64,000 bases of DNA, taken from the NCBI RefSeq assembly GCF_041956535.1, contig NW_027192197.1, positions 259,829 through 323,828 on the forward strand. Direction: 5' to 3'. The translations under genes were made by a program, and so were the position numbers. This DNA comes from Calcarisporiella thermophila CBS 279.70. Taxonomy: Eukaryota > Fungi > Calcarisporiellomycota. The notes under the pieces are model-generated. The model was not told where the DNA came from. It worked only from the letters and a program-made list of their open reading frames with translations, and did not search any database. Shown here piece after piece: positions 37,357 through 50,689 of this stretch. Numbering within the stretch: position 1 is the stretch's first letter; the number at the start of each line of letters is the position of its first letter.

Positions 37357-40132
37357 TCAATCCAGGTCTTCGTCGGATACAGGGTCTTCAACGGTTTCCA
37401 GTTCTCCGGCTATAAATTCGGATTGCGACGTGTCACCACCTTCTTCTTCACCTTCCTCGTCCCCCTCCTCTTCATCCCCCTCATTATTAGCAAGCGCGCC
37501 CGCCTCGATCACCTCGCCTCCAAGGATGTTTTTGCCCGTCATATCTCCCGTCAAGCCGTCATCCTCCACCTCCTCCTCCAATTCTTTGAGATCTAACTCA
37601 CCTGCCTCGTCCAAAGCATGGGAGGCGGATCCATCCTCATGGGTGGCATCCCTGACGTCCGGCTCCTCGTCATCTCGATGATAATCGATATCGTCAGAGG
37701 ACTTATCGTTGAAGTATGCGCTTGCACCCTCTAGCTGATTGGATGGGCTGTTCTCGCTCCCTCTCTCTACCTCGTCTTCCTCTACCTCATTTTCCGCCAA
37801 TATTGCATCGTTTATCGAATCTTCCAGCTCAGATTCAGTTGTGGAGGTGGTTTTATCAGCCTCCGCATCATCGACACGGTCTATGTGGGCAAAACCTTCG
37901 GAATCGGGGTTCACTTCCTGGCTGATGGGCGCACCCACCCACCCCATCTCCTCTTCCACCGGATCTTCAAGCTCGTCCTCGGCCGTTGAATTCGCTTCTC
38001 CAAGTGAACCCTCCCTAGCGCCGTCGAGGCTCACCGCCTCATCCTTCGTCTCCCACGCAGGGTTGCCGAGTGGTTTCTCTTCAGTCGAGACGGGGTTTGC
38101 CTCATTCACCATTTTATCGCCGGCTGCAGCATCGCCCGTGCCCCCTTGGAGATTGCGGAAGGCAAGCGCATCGCCATAATCCGGCATGCCCCACCTCCGC
38201 ATTGCATTTAACTCCTGCACCGACTTGGCTCCCGCCCAGATGCGCATATCGCGCACAAAACAGCGCAAGCTTCGTTCCTGCGGCCAATCGTCTTGGTACT
38301 GGGTTGTTTCGGGCTCCGCATTGGCGATCCAAAAGCCACTGACGGTGCGATCGCTTTGTAGAGTAGGGAGCGCATCGGTGTGGAGGGAGGACGCCTTAGC
38401 GCCATCCACCACGAGAAGGATCTCCTTTTCCCTCGGATTAATGGTGAGTGCGAAAAAGTGCCACACGCCGTCGTTGACCGTGTCGGATCTAATTGCATAG
38501 AAATACATACAGTTTGACATCAGACGATGGCGTGACATTCTCGCAAAGCGACCAGAGATGAGCCGAGTGCACTTACCTATTACGTGCGACGACCTCGTTC
38601 ATTCCGAGCGGGAATACCGACACGCGGAAGCCCATCCCGCCCTCAGGGTGCTTTTTGCTCTTGCGTGCTTTCCGGCTCTCCAAGGCCAGCTTGAAGCCTT
38701 TGCCTTGGATCATGAACGCAACTCGATTTAACTCGGTGGGCACGTCTGCGGGGATATACATCCACCAGGTTGCGGTGAGCTCACCGCCGTCCAGTTTGAG
38801 GGGGGCGGGCAGGAACGCAAATGACCGCACCCCGTCCAGGTAGAGGGACGAGAGGGGCCGGTCGTCGGGGGCGGCGGCGGGGCAATTCTCGGTCCCGTTG
38901 AGGCGAGGATGGCAGAACTTGCCGTCGCTCGTGAGCCCAACAAGCCGATTCTCCGAAAGGTCGGGGAGATGGGTGATGGGCGGAGTGAGGGCCGCCGAGG
39001 GATTCATGATCTGGGGCGACACCATGGGCCAATGCCCCACTAGGCCGCTGGGATGGCGGGGTTTCTCCAGCAGCTCACAGTCGGCGTCGCGCGGCGCAGC
39101 GCGATCAGGGTATTTGAGGAACCGCCTTGCCTCGCAGAAGAAGCTGGTTGCCACGCTCTCTATCATCGCGGGGGTCATTCCGCGCAGGAGATTCACCCGG
39201 GCCGCGCTCTCCCACATGTGCACGGCGTAGTTGGGCTCGAATCCGTAGCTCTTTTCAAGATACAGCTGGCGCAGCCCATTCTTGTCCCAGAGGGGCCAGT
39301 AGAACGCGTTGTGGGGAAGCACGGTGATCTCGTCGGGGAACTCGCGCGACAAAATCCCCGGCAACTCTGCCGAGTGATAATTCCACCGCGATTGGTCGAA
39401 ATATTTGTAAGTGACGTACCACCGCTGGAGATAGGCGGCGTCCGGCCGGGCCAGGATGACACTATTTCCGAGGCCTCCGCCGTCTCCGGCGGCATCCCGG
39501 CCCATCACAAAGGTATAGTTGAGCAGGTCGTCAAACCCCCGAAGGCTGATCACATCCAGATCAAGGTAAATGCCGCCAAACTCCATGAGCACGCTCAGGC
39601 GCGCAAGGTCGGCACGCTCCGCATAGTGGAGCACGGGGCGGCCAAACACCTCCGTAGGGACGTCGATGTATCTTAGGGTGAGCATATGCCTTGCGCGCTC
39701 GAACCACTCCCCCTTAGGCGGATAGTGGTAGTGCAAATATATCTTGTCCGGGCGAATGCTGTCGCGGGCCGATTTCACCGCGAGATAATACTCCAGCATG
39801 AATGCGGCATCTGGGGATTGCAGTCCGAATATAAAATGGACGATTTTCGGGATGGATGAGGAGCGCGTGGGGCGAATGTCCTTGAGCGCGTGCGCCTCGC
39901 GCACCTCGGGGGGCCAATCTTGCTCCCGGAGCTTGCCAGGACTATATGCGGACGGGGTTTGCGTCTGGAATGTGATCCGCGGCTTTTTGCGAGCCCGATG
40001 ATCGTCCTTGGACACCCCAAAGAGATGCCACAGAATCACAACCGCAATCACCAGCATCAGCAGCGTCCTCTTGGTGCTGCGCCTTGCGGGCGGGAACATG
40101 GCCATCTTGTTTTGGATACTGGGCGACTTCAT
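37357..40132 (-). CDS. Type II membrane glycosyltransferase family 32 (DXD) fused to a LamG/ConA-like domain and a long acidic tail
   Basis: N-terminal TM LLMLVIAVVILWHLFG, IPKIVHFIFG, ADLARLSVLMEFGGIYLDLDVI, HMWE. LamG-like LVGHWP...LYLDG...VNDGVWHFFALT...LVVDG...DMRIW. Intron 38576-38489. Confidence 0.85.
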
Positions 40133-40747
40133 CGCATTCAATCGCCCAGCTTTTTCTCTTGAGGAGAGTGCGAGAGAAAAGCGAGAGTGGAGAAAGGGGG
40201 GGGGGAGAAAGCAGATGGGAAGGATTGGGGGCGGAGGAAGAGATGCAAGGGGGCCAGCGAAAGGCGAAAGCAAAGGAAGGGGAAAGGGCGGGCCCAAACA
40301 AGACACAGCGCAATGCGAAAAAAAGAACAGTTCAATGGAACGGGAGGAATATTGCCTGCCTCAGGGTGAGGAGGAGCTGGGTCAACTTGTATTTAATAAG
40401 GTTTGATAATTGAGCGATGTATTTTGGAAAAATTTTCAGGTAATTTACCTTGTGGCCAGTTGTTTGGCTCGGAACCTGTCCAAACCTAGAGCGGTTGGGA
40501 TGGGCGAGGATTTTCGTGGGAGGGCTGGAAATCAAGATTAGGTCATTCCGCCCGAGAAAGCCGGCGGGCTTCGAGAAGCTCGCAAGCCGCCTTCCTCAAT
40601 TTGCGCTCCCACAAACAAGAAAGATTTGCACAAGGCTAGCCTAGAAGCAGTTAGGCGGCTAGGCAGCCGTTTTATTAAATCCTCCCCCGCCGTCGGACAA
40701 GCTTCATCCCCGGGCCATCCTCCCCCGGAGCGTTTGCCCTGGGTCGC

Positions 40748-43700
40748 CTAGCTCTGCGGCCGTGAAGGCGAGATCCACTGGGCGCTGGCCCGTGCCGCCA
40801 CAAGCCTCACGAGCACATCCATCTCTCCGCTGCGGGCACACAGCTCCCTAAAGCGGCCGCCGGGCCTCCTGATCAGCTCGCACGGCGGCCCTTGCTCCAC
40901 GACCCGCCCTTGGTCCAGCACAAGCACTCGGTCATAGTCGATGACGGTCCGCAGTCGATGGGCCACGCATATCACCGTCACGTCGTGCAGCTCCTCCCGG
41001 ATGGTGCGCTGTATCTTCAGGTCCGCTTCGTGGTCGATGGAGGCGGTCGCTGTCGAACGGGAGCGATTAATATGCATGCATGGCAATAAACGCGCATATG
41101 CACTGTAGAAAAAGCTACCTTCGTCTAATATCACCACATTTCTTCGATGGACTAGGGCCCGCGCCAAACAGAGAAGCTGTCGCTGGCCCACGGAGAGATT
41201 CCTGCCCCCCTCCGTGATGGGATCCTCAAGACTGCGTATCACCTCCGCGCCATCCGATACCGAGGGGGCGGCATCGGGGCCATCATCCAATGGCTCGGAT
41301 GCCACCAGATGGGCACGACGCAGCGCCGCCCACAGGGTCGCGTCGTCATGCACGCCAATTGGATCCAATTGATACCGCACCGAGCCGATGAACAGCACGG
41401 GATCCTGTGGAATGTGGGTAAGCGAGGAGCGCAAATCTCGCAACCCCATCCTCGTGATGTCTAGGCCGTCGATTAGAATCGTGCCCGACTCGAGCTCAAT
41501 CATTCGCAAGAATGAAAGCGTCAGCGTTGTCTTGCCGCTTCCCGTGCGGCCTACTATTCCTATCTTCTCCCTCGGCTTAACATGGAACGATATGCCCTTG
41601 AGCGCGGGCGGATGACTCGGGAGATACCTTACGGTAAGCTCTCGAACCTCCATCTCGCCCTGCTGAGGCCAGTTGGACGGGGGACGAGACTCGGGCACGA
41701 TGGGCGGGGCCTCGGGCTCCAGTTCGGAATACTCCTGAATTCGCTCCATGGTGTTCATGCTGATCTCCAAGTTGGTCACCCACAGCATCAGATACATGAT
41801 TGTGTCTGTGAACGTGAACACGAGCGAAAGTGCCATCCCAGCCCATCCCGCATCCAAATCCTCCCTTATTAGCAAGAAGATGGCCGTTCCAAACGCAATC
41901 AGCCCCCCCAGGGTATAGCATCGCAGCGACAGCCACCGATTGGCCGCCCAGAAGTAGAAGAACATGCGGTTGGACGTGTCTATCCGAGCGAGGTTTTCCG
42001 CGCAGAAGCGCGCCTCGGCTGAAAACGCCCGGATGGTAATGACCCCCGCCAGAGTTTCTCCCAAGTGGGAAAAGATGGGAGAACGCATCGTAGAGTCGAG
42101 TCGCTTAAGCTCACGCGAAGCACTGAGATAAACGTTGCAGATATAAAAATAGCCACATGTGATGATCAATCCGGGAAGGAGGAAGGAGGGCGCCACTATC
42201 GCGATGACCACCACAATCGAGAGACAATAGGACGCCTCGTCGATGAAGACGGAGAACTCCTTCATCATTCTGTCGAGCCCTACATATCAAGAAATAGCTC
42301 AGGGTAAGCGGTTGCCATCAGGGAATTTGTACGTAGAACTTGAGGATGGGAGTATGGAGGTATGCATGGAGACCATCACCTTCAATGTCTTTAGAGAATC
42401 GATTCATTATCCGGCCGATGGGGGTCCTATCAAAAAACTGGGGCGTTGTTCTCATCACGCTCTTCAACATTCGCGCATGCATCGACCTCGAACAGCGCAG
42501 CGATCCCCAAAACATAACTGCGAGTCTAACCATGAACAAGACCACAAATGAGAGCACGAAAACAGCTGTGGATAACAAAGGTTCAGACTGAGTGTCAAAC
42601 TCTCAGAGCAAACGTTCTAAACCAGATACACAATACCATAGATCCCAACATAATAATTGGTATCGACTCGCCCCGTGTCTATCTTATCATAAGCTTTCGC
42701 CCATATCCGCAACCAATAACTCTCGCCAAGACGCATTAATTCAGCTGTGCCCACGTTCAAGAATACAAACGCCCAAAAAATAGTGCCCCCAACCTCCCTT
42801 AAAAACGACGCGTAGACGCGCCAGTCCACCCTCCCCTTGGCTCTCTCCTCGTCTTTGACGAGACGGCCATCAGCCGTGGAGGATGGGATGCCGGCACTAT
42901 TGGAATCAATACTTGCCTCCAAAACTCCACCGGGGTTTGTCATGGAATTTGCCGCAACTGCATGTGGAGACTCACTTTCGATACTTTCGAAAACCTCCTC
43001 CCTTATGAGCTCCTCCCCTAACCACCCCGAACATTTCACATGCTCCGGAGTGCCGTCTGCTACCACGCACCCTTGATTCAACACAACTACCTTGTGGGCG
43101 GCCGAAAGACAAAGCCTCACTGCATGCGTCACCAGAATGCATGTGCGGTCTCGCATCAACTCGCCGGTCAAACATCGTGTGAAGATCCACTTGGCAGTAT
43201 GAGCATCTACTGCAGAGAGACAATCGTCCAAAAGTAGATGGGAAGCACGAGAGTAAATGGCGCGTGCCAGCGCAATACGTTGCTTCTGACCACCAGAGAG
43301 CGTCACGCCCTTTTCGCCAATCTCGGTGAGGTCTCCGGCTTCGAAAATGCTCAGGTCGGGTCCAAGTCCACATACCTCTATCACCCTTTGATATCGCTCT
43401 TCCTCCAGAGCAGACCCAAAGAGAATATTCTCTCTAACAAACAAAAAAGTTGACATTCCACTCTATCGAGACGATCCAACCCAAAAATTGGCTTTTCATT
43501 TACCTAATGGTCGCATTCTGTAGCCATGCGGTTTGTGAAACATATGCGACTACCCTAGGCGGCAAAAACACTTGACCCTCAACCCTATTCATCTCGCCCA
43601 GCAGTGCAAGCAACAGGCTGCTCTTTCCGCTACCTGTCGGCCCAACCACGAGCGACAGCTTTCCAACGGGAAACTCCACACTGAGCTCCCGAAGTATAAA

Positions 43701-46124
43701 TCGTGTTGAATCATGTTCATCAGCGGCTTCTGCTCCACCAGCCCAAGGATGGGGTCCCTTTCGTTTGCCCTTTGGCCCTTTCCAAACAAAGGTTGCGCTT
43801 CTAAATCCTATCTGTGGCCCATCCTCTCTCGTCGGGTCGACACTGCTCGCATATTTTTGCGTCTCTTCCTCTGCCAGAAACGCTTCCACCCTCTCAAGAG
43901 ACACTAGAGTTTCGACCACACTCTGAGCAATCTCGGGCAAATAGTCAATCGGCTTCTTGAGCAAATTCAGAAGAAACAGGGCCGTGAACGCGGTGGAGGC
44001 AGTGAGATCGAAGCTCGCTATCATGGTATAAGTCGCAAAAGTGGCCACCGAGAGGAGCGCAGGGCTGGACCACCACAAGGTTGCAGAAAAAACCAGAAGC
44101 CTTAAATTACGAGCCTAGAAATCGAACATTAAATCCGTAATAAGTGCACTAGTGCCGCCCTCCTCAACATACCCATTGCTGCAGTTCCAGCCTTCGTATC
44201 TCGGTAACGCGCCGCGCGAACTCCTTCTCCCAAGTGAAAATTTTGATGATACGTATGCCTTGCATGATTTCGTTTAAAAGGTTAAGTCGCCGATCGGTCA
44301 ACACCTTTTTGTCGTTCTCGATCTCATAAAACTTGGCAGAAATCCAGAAATTGAGGGGGAGCAGGAGTAAAAGGACCCCGACACTAGCAAGAGCCGGCCA
44401 ACCAAGCAGCACATAGAGTGAGACCAGAACCCCTAGGATTTGGATGGGGAGAAGATAGAGGTGGGAACTGAAGAGAGTCAAGTTGGGGTGTAACATTAGC
44501 GACACTTTCAGTATAAGCAATAGACAAAAAAAGCAATGCGAACATCCTACATGTAGGCAAAAAGCTCACTGATATCCATGACATCCGTATTTATCAAATT
44601 GATGACACGTCCCTGGGTAGCACTCTCACTTCTGTTATTCATGTCTTCCGCCTCATTTGTATTCTCCTCCGCTGAAGCTTCTCTCATATCTCGATGGGCT
44701 TCAGCCATATCTTTGCGTCGCAAGGCTTTGGCATAAATTTCCCCAATCAAGAGTGCGCGCACTCGTAAACAGAGACGTCGCCCAATGTAATAGGTTCGAG
44801 ACTGAGTGACGGTGGTCAATACAGTCGAGACGAGCAAGCCCACTGCGCAGAGGAAAGCTATCTCTCGAGATGTATTGTTGCGGTTTTCCAAGTGTAAGAG
44901 AATTTGTTTGAGAAGGGCGGCTGGAATCAGAGAAAAAAACGCCCAGAGGCAGGCCCAGATAGCCTGGAGAAATATTGGAGTGGAAAAATGTTTAAGTATG
45001 GCCTTGATCAGAGATCGGTTTTGTAGCCTGCCTTAGTCAGATATTCTTAATGAATGCAACAGAGGGAGAGAAAGTGGGGAAAAAAGCCTGACCTGAGTTT
45101 GCAAAAGCGCTCACAATTTGGGATGGATTTATCTGCCTCATCCAGATCCCAGACATCCTCCACCTCTATTGTCTTTGTTTGACCGAGCCAGAGCAGAGGA
45201 CTAATCCAGCCGAGCATTAATATCGAGGTTATCGAAGCGTTTGATTCAGGGCAAGGAATAAGACCCTAAATAGAGCATTAACGGATGTGGTTTGACCAAG
45301 GAAGAGAGGGACAAAAAAAAGACTACCTCCTTATTTTTGGTATCCACTTTGCTCGAATTTGGGGTGATAAGTTCTAAACAACAAAGAATGCATAGTATTA
45401 TGAACCCAACGGTCTCTATCATTGTGGTATTATTTGGATGGATAAAGGCAGATCGAAACTGGAGATAGGATATAGGTACGAATATGAAGAATAGGCCCGA
45501 AAGGGCGAAGGAGAGAAATGGTAAATGCCTGTGGGCCAAACTAAGCAAGCATGCGATCATGGCTGCAAAAAGCTAAAAGTTTGATAAAGCATAGAAGCCA
45601 TTTAAGGGCATTCGGATGATGTGAGAGCAGAGAGCGCAATACACTTTGACCTACCCATAAGCTGCTCCTATAGAGGCTTAAAATCATCCAATATTGATCT
45701 TCGGTTTTATATTTCATGCAAAACTTCACCATATCTAACGTGAATATCAGGGTACAGAGCAACGCTCTTATTACCCGCCGCCAATACTCATACCCAGAAC
45801 TGGTAGGATGCTCAAGATAATTATTGTCATTATGGTTTGGATCCAAATCGTCCACATCACAATCTCTGGCCAGCGGTTGATACCCTGCCGGAGGAGAAGA
45901 AGTCTTTGCAACTATCCGCTTTGATATATAGAACAGCACCATTATTCCAAGGTAAAAAAGAGATAATGCTGCCGAAAGACTTCAAGAAGATAATGCTGTT
46001 CAATATAAGCCCCCCTAATAATATCAGAAATCCAGCTGTCCACATACCTTTCGCGGAAACATGGAGTGAAATCATTTTCGACCCAGATAGGCTCTGCTGG
46101 GCACCAGGGAAATATTGAGTACAT
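40748..46124 (-). CDS. Full-size ABCC (MRP/Ybt1/Bpt1-like) ABC transporter
   Basis: N-terminal DFTPCF. NBD1 GPTGSGKSS, LSGGQKQR, LLLDD. TPIGRIMNRFSKDI. NBD2 GRTGSGKTT, LSVGQRQ, VILDE-ATASID, AHRLRT. The exon junctions I checked keep frame. Confidence 0.93.
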
Positions 46125-46392
46125 TATTTTCAAAATACAACTCTACAAAATCTTATGAAGCCGGAATGCTGAAGCTACGAAATGGTTAAGTAGAATCGAG
46201 ATAAACAGGAAAAAAAAACGGTGTCATCTATTGTAAGAGAGATTCGAGCATCCGGTTAAATATTCTCATAGAAAAGGATCTGCTATGTTATGTTTCGAGA
46301 TCGAGGTACGAGCATGAAAGAAAAAGGGTTTCTTTCACTCAAAGAACGCGAACTTATGAGTCACTATTTAATAAACCTAAACGGGCAAACTA

Positions 46393-48039
46393 AAGTACCT
46401 CCAGAAAAATTTGGCACCTTCATACTTTTAATAAATTGACTATATTTCCTGAAAGTTTACTATTACAAATAAATATTGTTTATATTTTAAAACTAACTGT
46501 GCCTGCTTTCAAGAGGTTCACAATATTGATTAATTTGTTTGCAACTTTGCAGGGATATAGCGATTTATTATGAACAATGAAGAGGGACAATTTTGACCGG
46601 TATAAACCAGGGTTGATTTGTACCCATGTAATTCGACATCTTAAGGTGCCTATGGCTCTAAAGTTGCTCTACATTTTCTGTTAACCATACTCTTATTTAT
46701 TGTACAAAATAAGCCCTATGCCTCGAATCACTCCAAGTAAACTTGCTCGCGCATCCGTCCTCTTCGAAGAGGGTTATTCAACACGCGAAATTGCCGCCCG
46801 AGAAGGCATTGGAAAAAGTAGCGTGGCAAGAATACTCCAGAATAAAGAGAATGCACCAAATAATCCTCCAAGAAAGAGAAGGGGTCGCCCACGCAAATTA
46901 TCCAACCGTGGTGAAAATATATTATACGGAAGCGTGGCGACATGAGAGTGTAAGAACTCAGTCAAGGCACAAGAACTTTGGAACGAGACGACTGAGGAGG
47001 TTATTTCCGTGAACACTGTTCGTGAAGCCTCCATCGTAATGATTTTGTAGCTAGGGTCAAGAGAAAAAAAACCTTTCTATCGATAAGGCATCGCCTTAGG
47101 AGACTGGCATTTGCAAAGAAATACAGTAATTGGACCGTTGAAGATTGGAGCCGTGTCATTTTTTCCGACGAGTGTCAAATACGTATCTTCGGGAATGAAA
47201 GGCGAGAGTGGTTCTGGAAGAAACGTAATGAGCCACAGCAAGTGCGTCATATACAGCCAACCGTCAAAAACGGCGGTGGAAGCATTATGATGTGAGGATG
47301 CAAAACTTCATATGTCATTGGAATGTGGAGCATGTCGTATAATAGAAAATCTTAACGCTGAGTGTTATTCAAGAATCCTCGACACAGAGATGCTAGCCAC
47401 GCTTCAACTGAATAATCTCAGCAAACAAGAAATAGTATTTCAACACGACAATGACCTCAAGCATAAAGCCAAACTCGTTGATCGATGGTTCGATAAAAAT
47501 CAAGTCCAAGTTCTCGATTGGCCTTCACAATCTCCAGATCTCAACCCCATAGAAAATTTATGGGCTGAGATAAAGGGACATCTGAGGAGCAGATTCCCTA
47601 AGATAACGAGCCAGGATGATCTGTGGAAAAAGGTGAATATTTTATGGGAGTCACTCACTCAGGAGGATTGTTTGAAGTTGATCCGCACGATGCCAGAACG
47701 GATCCAAGCCATTATTAAGGCAAAGGGAGGATAACTGAGTGGTAGTCGGAGAGCAGTTTATTTATACAAATTATTGAGTATTCATTATAATGCCCACGTA
47801 AAAGAAAGAGAATAAAATGTTGGCACCATGTAAAATCTCTATATCTGGATTTAAGAAATTTTCCGAAATATATTAATATTTCACTTGAAGAGAATTAGTA
47901 AAGGGTATTCAGATGTATATGAAATGCTAATAGCGTAAGTGGGCTTTTCAAATATTCTATTGTTATTTATACTGGCATTGTTTGTAAAGAAATATTTAAG
48001 TAAAAATTTTAAGGGCCCCAAATTTTTCCGGAGATACTT
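46393..48039 (+). mobile_element. Full-length (about 1.65 kb) Tc1/mariner DD34E DNA transposon
   Basis: Imperfect TIRs: left AAGTACCTCCAGAAAAATTTGGCACCTT, right reverse complement AAGTATCTCCGGAAAAATTTGGGGCCCTT. TA target-site duplication at 46391-46392 and 48040-48041. Confidence 0.92.
46718..47734 (+). pseudogene. Inactivated Tc1-like transposase
   Basis: HTH with GRPRKLS, WTVEDWSRVIFSDE, GGGSIMM*GC, FQHDNDLKH, WPSQSPDLNPIENLW (34 residues between D and E). In-frame stops at 46943-46945 and 47293-47295 and a frameshift near 47030. Confidence 0.9.
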
Positions 48040-48199
48040 TATATACGTCAGAAATTAAAAAAGCTAGTGCTTTGCAAATTGCTAAGAGGAATTTGACGTC
48101 GGTTATTGATTCAAAACCATTTGTGGGCAATTCGATTGTGATTAGTTCACTCATAATAAAAATCGTTCCTGGAAGCGGTTGGATTATGTTTATTATTTA

Positions 48200-49509
48200 A
48201 TGCCTTGCGTATACGGATTTGGCTTTAATGCCTTTGGACAAATCACAGGTGGAAATGAGAGCACAGTTATATCGCCTCCCAAGGAGATGACTGGATTTGA
48301 AAAAGTGCTGTTTGCATCTTGGGAAATGGTTGCAGGCGTGATTAGAGACCAAGGTAGATTTGGCAAACATATCTAATTATTATGTGTAGCTGTATATCTT
48401 AAGACTTGATGAATATCAACGGTAGAAAATGAATCCAAACTCTTCATGTTGGGCTTCGACTATAAGCGCAATTGCCGGTTAAATGAGCCCCGTCCGCTAA
48501 TGGAATTCAAACACATCATTGCCCCCCTTCGCTGCTATGGAGGATCTCATGTGGAAGGAGTTTTGGACGCGTCAGGCTGTGTATGGGAGCTCGCTAATAA
48601 GGAAATGGAGGCTGTCCTGGTCATGGAAAAATGTCGCGATGTCGCATCGACGAGGGAAAACGTTACAGGAATTGATGGTAATTTTTAGAAAAGTGTCGCG
48701 ACAGGATATCCCCGATACTGATGCTAAAAGACTCTATCTTTTGCTAGACAATGGTGAATTGTGGACGTGGAAGCTTGGCAATAGGACGCCGATACGCAAG
48801 AAATTAACCCCATTGGGAGATATTCCTCGGTTTACCCGAATAGAAGCAGGCGACGAACACTTTTTGGCTCTTGCGGAAACGGGTGATGTCTACGTTTGGG
48901 GTTCCAACCGCTTTGGCCAACTTGGAATTGCCCCTGCCGGCCAGGAGCCATATGAGCGCCCCACTCCCCTCGAAGCCCTTCAGGGAATTCCGGTAGATGA
49001 TTTTAGCTGCGGCTCGTTCCACTCGGCTGTGATTGCTCAAGGAGAACTCTATACGTTTGGATGGGGTCAAAAAGGCCAACTGGGGCATGAGGAAACTGGG
49101 GTCCAGGTCGTCCTTCTCGGAGATGAAAATGGGGAAGAAGAGGAAAAGGAGTATGAGGTGAAACAGATTACGTGTGGAAGCGAGCATACCGTTGCCTTAA
49201 CGCGGGACGGCACGGTGTGGGTGGCAGGGTGGAGTATGTGCTGGCAACCTATCTGCATCCTTCAACATTATCATGTAACCATTGGTATACACTAACTTAG
49301 ATAAGTACGGGCAGCTGGGTCTCGCACCAGAATCGGGCGGGGACACGGCTTCGGTCACTGGCAATGAACACTTGACATACTCCGAGGCTGGAGAGAATGA
49401 ATCCTCATATGAAAGAAAATTCAAGCCACTCTCCATAGAACCATTCGTTAGCAGAAGAGTAACTCGGTGTTTTGCTAGCAATTGGAATACTTACATCGAA
49501 ATGGGATAG
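48200..49509 (+). CDS. RCCD1: RCC1-repeat protein, most like RCCD1
   Basis: Starts MPCVYGFGFNAFGQ..FASWE. RCC1 repeats AGDEHFLALAETGDVYVWGSNRFGQLG, CGSFHSAV..LYTFGWGQKGQLG, CGSEHTVAL..WVAGW-NKYGQLG. Ends WNTYI, like the recalled RCCD1 WNTYV. Confidence 0.75.
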
Positions 49510-49978
49510 CCTCAGTTTGGATTCAATAAAATTGGTCATTGTGTAAATTGGCTTTCATTAATCACAAGATTTACACCTTAAAATGTTGTCATTTTCTCAC
49601 GCTGTACCTTGATTTCATCCCCCGGCCAAACGATTTCTGAGATCTACGCCATTTTCTATTTCGCGATTTTGGCCACCATGCTCATTGGTTTTAAATTGAA
49701 TGGATAACTTTTCCTAGACCCGTTCTCTTAGGTTGCTCACCCGAGAGATTCAGGTGAAGACCCAGGACACACAGACCCGGGGGTATTTATTGATTGATTG
49801 CCGAAGAGTGTGTTGAAAAAAAAAATAAGAAAAGCACCACACTAGCCTTTCCCTTCTTTTTCCACATCTTTACCCCTTACACGTTCATACCTCAGCAAAA
49901 GGAGAAATAGAGTGAACTCGCTGGACGAGGGTCGAGACTTCCCATACTTATATTTACTTACATGCTTTGATATCCATA

Positions 49979-50689
49979 ATGTCTACCCCCTACACAACAA
50001 GATGCATCCCCACCGCTCTCATTAGTTTGACCTACTTGGCCATTGGGACCGCGTCTATCGTCGGTCTTGTCTTGCGACGACGTGAGATAGAAATGTGGCT
50101 AGAGATGTTCTCCATTCGATCTTTCGGGTGGTATGTTCTCATCGGCATTGCCTCCGCCATTACGGTGGCCGGCCTAGTCGGCTTTGTGGGGGCCATTATT
50201 GTAAGAAAAAGATGTCAAATGCTTTGACAAAGTTCTAAGGTTCCAACCAACGCTCTAATTTGTATTTGCTTTATTGCTGCTGTTAGAAATCCCCTGCCAT
50301 GGTTCGAGCCTTTGGCTACGTAAACTACATCACTTCGATTCTCTGGCTTGGTATTAATGCCGCCATCGTTGCGTTCCTACTGGTCCATCGTGATGCGGTC
50401 AAGTCAGTATGCACCTCAGGGAACTCTTCGCTTCTGAGCATGGAATCCAACGGGGGCTCCCCTGATAAACTTGGGCAAGCATGTGAGAATAGCGCCAAAA
50501 TCTTGATTGCCATATTTGCGGTGCTTGGGGTGATGGGGTTCTTTACCTTTGTAAGTGCAGTCATGGCGCTATTCCCATACCATAAGAGCTAATCTTGTCT
50601 CGTCATAGATCTTCTTCGCGATCATGGTCCGAGGATGCTATATCCGACTGACCAGGTCAGTGGCCACCAAAGCTCAATCTTTCTTTTGA
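49979..50689 (+). CDS. Tetraspanin-like four-TM membrane protein
   Basis: Four hydrophobic helices, GLVGFVGAII in TM2, two Cys in the large loop (VCT...ACE). Introns at about 50201-50286 and 50551-50608. Confidence 0.65.

Noticed and set aside
37430-40413. Many overlapping antisense and alternate-frame ORFs here and over MgtA, the ABC gene and TMEM94
   Set aside because: Shadow ORFs of GC-rich coding exons with no independent motifs.
46351-46361. AACTTATGAGT resembling part of U12 snRNA
   Set aside because: The flanking TGCCTTA and AAGGAAAA sequences are absent.
47293-47295. In-frame TGA as possible selenocysteine or readthrough
   Set aside because: It replaces the conserved Trp of a transposase that has other stops and a frameshift. 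This is ordinary decay.
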